64,000 nucleotides of DNA from a virus (Duplodnaviria > Caudoviricetes), in the IMG/VR virus record IMGVR_UViG_3300028603_000017, positions 96,001-160,000 of that record; one strand, 5' to 3'. Numbering within the stretch: the first letter of the stretch is position 1; every line of letters starts with the position of its first letter. The notes beneath the pieces were generated by a model, which did no database searches, had not been told where the DNA came from, and saw nothing but the letters and a program-made list of their open reading frames with translations. The translations under genes were made by a program, and so were the position numbers. Below are positions 60,322 through 64,000 of this stretch, one piece after another.

Positions 60322-62388
60322 TTAGATAATATATTCTTTTTCAACTAACTCTTCAAAAGAGATATGGAATTCATTATTAGGATCTAGATTAGAGATATGA
60401 ATATCTTCTACTCCTATAGCTTCATTGGCTATAGCTCCAGACTCCTCAATCACAAAGGGAGACTCTATTCCCATAATACTGGATACCTGAGATTGAGACC
60501 ACTTTAGAATATCTACAGTCCTGGTAGATAGATTAGGTTTAGATCCAGTATCTAGCATAGCGATATAAACATAAGGCTGAGTCGTCTGACCTAATCTATT
60601 AATTCTAGATATAGCTTGCTGCAATACATAATCCCTAAAGGGTGTATTAATCAGTATCATAGTGTCTGCCATAACCAAAGGTACAGCAGTAGATAAACTA
60701 GGATACGTAGCTATTAGAGGATTGATATTCTTATCCTTTTCAAAGCTAGAGATAATGCTAGGCAATTTAGCATTGGTCTTAGCATAGACTACAGCAGGTT
60801 GTAATTCTAGTTTAGTTGTAATCTCTTTAGCTTTTTCTACGACTTCTACATAGCTAGTAAATACGACTGTCTTTTTAGTAGTAGATTCTATTATTTTGAT
60901 ATAGTCAATATTCTCAGCAACAGCTTTAGCACATTCCATACGTTTTTTACCTAGTATTCTGCCTAGGCATTCACCTTGTACTTTTAAGTGCATGTATTTA
61001 ACGACAGATTTACTGGCATCAAACTTGGCTCTGGTTTCTTTATCTAGTGTAGGATTGATGTATTGCTTTTCAAACTTATTACAATAAGCTGTATCTTGGA
61101 TATCGTATTGAATACCAGGGTTCTTATTGAAAAACTTTACTAAGTCTAGGTATCTTTTGAATTCTCTTTCTTCAGTTGTAGACCTAATAGTCTTTTCATA
61201 GACCTTTAAAGCATCGTAATAGTCTGTTTCAAAGGCTTTGTAGTTAGACTTGTAGTATTTGATACGCTCTTCAATAAAAGCTACCATATCAGCTTTTACA
61301 GCGTCTAAGGTGTATTGATCAGAATCTTTAGCTTGTACTAAGATATTCTCCATAATAGGAGGATCTAGATTTAAAGCTTTCTTTTCTACTTTATGAGTAA
61401 CGATATTGAGTCTATTAGATAGAATATCTAAAGCTTTCTTAGCATCTTTACCATAAAGCTTTTTATACTTCTCTATTAAAGAATTATTGAAGTTCTTATC
61501 AATAGTCCTAAATAGAGGAATAGTCTCAGATCCCATAGCCTTAATAGGTGTACCACTCATCCAGAGAATATGCTCAGACTTAGTAGCGTCTGTTAGGTCA
61601 ATAAAGTACCTGGTGCGTTGAGAAGTGATTTCATTGAGGTTATGGCATTCATCTAGGATAATACCTATCTTCTTATTAGGTAGCTTTTTAGCTAGCTCTA
61701 GAGCTTTGTATAAAGCCTCGTAGTGGAAAATTAGGTATTTCTGATTACCATAGGGACTACCAGAGCTAGATACCCAGCAAGTCTCAGGCTTTTTGAATTC
61801 ACCCTTATCCGGACTAGCAATTGTTTTATACCAGACATCCCATACAGCGTTATTGGGACATATAACAAAAACAGTGTCTACCTCTAGCATTTCCATCAAA
61901 GCAACAGCAGTTAGAGTCTTTCCCCCACCAGCAGCAGCTGCAAGCAAATATCCTTTTAGATCGTATTTAGGTACAATCTGATCATATTTAGCGAAGAAAT
62001 CATTTTGATGAGGTAGTGGAGTCTTCCAGAACTTATTTAACTTAGAGTAGTTTAAGATAGGATTGTGTTCCTGATCTATATTAGACAGAAACGTACTTTC
62101 CTTTAAAGCATCAATGATGGATTGAGCAGTCTTCTTACTAGTACCTAGTCTTTTCTTAGAGTTAATAATAGTCTCTAGAGTATATAGTAAGTCTATAGCA
62201 AAGAAAGTAGGTATACTAAAGGAGTGTCTCGTTATCTTGTTGAACATGAAGTTCGAGATACGGTTAGTTCTCCAGATATTATTAATATCGTTTTGGATAA
62301 AGTAACCAGGCACACCAGATACAATAATCTCATCAAGTGTTTGCTCAGCCTTTATATTACCAAATAGTCTACGTACAGCGGAAAACAT
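60322..62388 (-). CDS. SF2 (DExH) helicase, probably virion-associated (phiKZ gp203-like)
   Basis: AAAGGGKT, ILDECHN, MSGTP, VFTSY and QAISRINRLGQ. Confidence 0.85.
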   Translation of the reverse strand: MFSAVRRLFGNIKAEQTLDEIIVSGVPGYFIQNDINNIWRTNRISNFMFNKITRHSFSIPTFFAIDLLYTLETIINSKKRLGTSKKTAQSIIDALKESTFLSNIDQEHNPILNYSKLNKFWKTPLPHQNDFFAKYDQIVPKYDLKGYLLAAAAGGGKTLTAVALMEMLEVDTVFVICPNNAVWDVWYKTIASPDKGEFKKPETCWVSSSGSPYGNQKYLIFHYEALYKALELAKKLPNKKIGIILDECHNLNEITSQRTRYFIDLTDATKSEHILWMSGTPIKAMGSETIPLFRTIDKNFNNSLIEKYKKLYGKDAKKALDILSNRLNIVTHKVEKKALNLDPPIMENILVQAKDSDQYTLDAVKADMVAFIEERIKYYKSNYKAFETDYYDALKVYEKTIRSTTEEREFKRYLDLVKFFNKNPGIQYDIQDTAYCNKFEKQYINPTLDKETRAKFDASKSVVKYMHLKVQGECLGRILGKKRMECAKAVAENIDYIKIIESTTKKTVVFTSYVEVVEKAKEITTKLELQPAVVYAKTNAKLPSIISSFEKDKNINPLIATYPSLSTAVPLVMADTMILINTPFRDYVLQQAISRINRLGQTTQPYVYIAMLDTGSKPNLSTRTVDILKWSQSQVSSIMGIESPFVIEESGAIANEAIGVEDIHISNLDPNNEFHISFEELVEKEYII

Positions 62389-62392
62389 TTAA

Positions 62393-63205
62393 TTACCTCA
62401 TACCACCAATATTGAGCTTTAGAAATCTCTCAAAAGTTTCTCTATCATTCATGAATGCTACCTTGGTCCACTTTTCTGTTAGGAAAGTACGGTATAATTC
62501 ATTAGCGTCAGAATAGCCTTCTATGATCTGTCTGACCACACCTATTTCTTGACCACCATAGAGCTGACCTTTATCTAGTGTTACTATGTATTCATTATAG
62601 ATATAAGCTTTTACAGCCAATACACACATATCACAAAAGACAGGTATGCTCCTGAGCTGTAAATGAGATAAAGCCTCGTCATTACTTAAAATACATCTTA
62701 AGTAACCAAAACCTATAGGAGGAGCTGTATCTCTTACCATAATGGTATTTTCACCAATAAGTTGTACCTTAGCTGTACTTACTGGTGGTATAGGCATATG
62801 GCTATTCATCATAGCTTGACCTAATTGTAGGGAAGGTGTGACGCTACAAACATCATAGCCAGTATTACCAGCAATAGCTAAAGCAGCAGCTGAAGTAATA
62901 TAACTCACTGCAATAGCTGCTGTAATGGTTCTGTTTTGTGTTCTTTCTTTAGGGATATAATACACTGTAGTGTATGTATTGGTCATCTCCTGAGGAACAC
63001 CACTTAAGTCAATAAATACTTCATCCCCACCTACTAAGTCACAATCGACCATGACTCTGGCTCTAATGACTTTATTGGTGATTTGCTCTTCTAAAGATAC
63101 TGGAGTATTTCTCCAGCTATGTGTTGTGTTATGAAAGACTAGATTCAGCACTTCTCTAGGGATACTGTACCTAATCTCATCAATAGCCTTTTTAATGGGA
63201 TTCAT
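62393..63205 (-). CDS. Conserved virion structural protein
   Basis: MNPIKKA...IPREVL...VI.ARV.VDCDLVGG and LAVKAYIYN; in an operon with the helicase. Confidence 0.55.
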   Translation of the reverse strand: MNPIKKAIDEIRYSIPREVLNLVFHNTTHSWRNTPVSLEEQITNKVIRARVMVDCDLVGGDEVFIDLSGVPQEMTNTYTTVYYIPKERTQNRTITAAIAVSYITSAAALAIAGNTGYDVCSVTPSLQLGQAMMNSHMPIPPVSTAKVQLIGENTIMVRDTAPPIGFGYLRCILSNDEALSHLQLRSIPVFCDMCVLAVKAYIYNEYIVTLDKGQLYGGQEIGVVRQIIEGYSDANELYRTFLTEKWTKVAFMNDRETFERFLKLNIGGMR

Positions 63206-63257
63206 GGTTCTAAATGCTAATTAAAAAACTATCAGTCATACATTATAGCTCTGACTA

Positions 63258-63972
63258 CATGGAGTCAAAGACTAACTTTTAACTAATTTGAGGACAATAA
63301 TGTTGCGTTTTATTCTTCTTTCACTCATGTCATTTCTGATGGCTATTCCTGCAATCGCTAGGGATAAAGACCCTATTGCTGAAATGATTGCTGTTATTCA
63401 TGAAAAACAAGCTGTGGCTGAGTGGATTATTCAAAGAACAAGAAATAAAGTCGATTATAATTACGCTATCGGTATTGTCGATACTGTTTATGACAAAGCC
63501 TATAAACAAGGCGTAGATCCCCTAGTCGTTATTGGGATGATTTCTAAGGAATCTATGTTCAGACCTAAAGCTAAGTCTGGATATGGAGCTGTTGGCTTGA
63601 TGCAAGTCGTTCCTAGGTTTCACCAAGACAAGATCAAAAAGCGCAATATTTACAATAAGGAAGTTAATATTGAGGTAGGTGTCAAAGTGCTCTTTGATTG
63701 TCTTAAGAATAGAAAAACAGTCAAAGGAGCACTGAATTGCTATTCTGGTGGCGCCAGAGGCTATGCTGAATACGTGCAAGCCAGGCATAAAGAAATTAAG
63801 CAGGCCATTATTTTGAATCTGTTTAACAACAATCAAAAGATCAATGTGGATTATGCTTACCACAAACCTCTTAGAGAGCCTAGGACTACAAGTCCCCTGT
63901 ATGCTGGGATTTAAATACGTAAGCTACTAATTTATAGGTAGCTAATAAATCAAAGCTATCTTTGACTCCATG
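63258..63972. repeat. Inverted repeat pair (63258-63279 / 63952-63972) flanking the SLT gene
   Basis: CATGGAGTCAAAGA (63258-63271) is the exact reverse complement of TCTTTGACTCCATG (63959-63972) and extends to about 21 bp with one bulge. Confidence 0.7.
63300..63914 (+). CDS. Soluble lytic transglycosylase with N-terminal signal peptide (endolysin candidate); ATG at 63300 preferred
   Basis: MLRFILLSLMSFLMAIPAIA signal; ISKES.F.PKAKS..GAVGLMQV, NIEVG and ALNCYSGG motifs; GAGGA RBS. Confidence 0.85.
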   Translation: MLRFILLSLMSFLMAIPAIARDKDPIAEMIAVIHEKQAVAEWIIQRTRNKVDYNYAIGIVDTVYDKAYKQGVDPLVVIGMISKESMFRPKAKSGYGAVGLMQVVPRFHQDKIKKRNIYNKEVNIEVGVKVLFDCLKNRKTVKGALNCYSGGARGYAEYVQARHKEIKQAIILNLFNNNQKINVDYAYHKPLREPRTTSPLYAGI

Positions 63973-64000
63973 AAAAGATATTCCAAGGTTATGATTGTGG

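Noticed and set aside
1545-63863. Many short antisense or nested ORFs (e.g. 1545-1979, 14479-14773, 21001-21480, 24558-24911, 28809-29306, 43281-43583, 63522-63863)
   Set aside because: Shadow frames of longer genes with recognisable motifs; no RBS or motif support.
1-64000. tRNA or rRNA genes
   Set aside because: No cloverleaf or T-loop pattern seen by eye in the intergenic gaps; tRNAscan was not run.

Overview
AT-rich, densely coded segment of a phiKZ-like (Chimalliviridae-type) jumbo myophage genome in the standard genetic code. It contains a spanin/lysis cluster, RuvC, a probable portal, RNase H, a UvsX/RecA recombinase, three virion RNA polymerase (vRNAP) subunit genes (phiKZ gp149-, gp180- and gp178-like), a gp181-like giant tail protein with a lytic transglycosylase domain, the prohead protease, baseplate proteins, tail sheath and tube, the large terminase, an SF2 helicase, a signal-peptide HNH nuclease and a signal-peptide SLT. 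The ORF track misses the main feature: three ORF-less group I introns interrupt the two largest vRNAP genes at active-site motifs (GAD|FDGD at 34220-34661, DDPKRV|NF at 38064-38392, GD|K at 39294-39561). The middle intron appears to end in A rather than the near-universal terminal G. Also notable are about 13 intergenic CATA-stem-loop-TATG palindromes, an inverted repeat bracketing the SLT gene, and a structured ~650 bp non-coding region. All phiKZ gene-number equivalences come from recalled motifs, sizes and synteny, not database searches.
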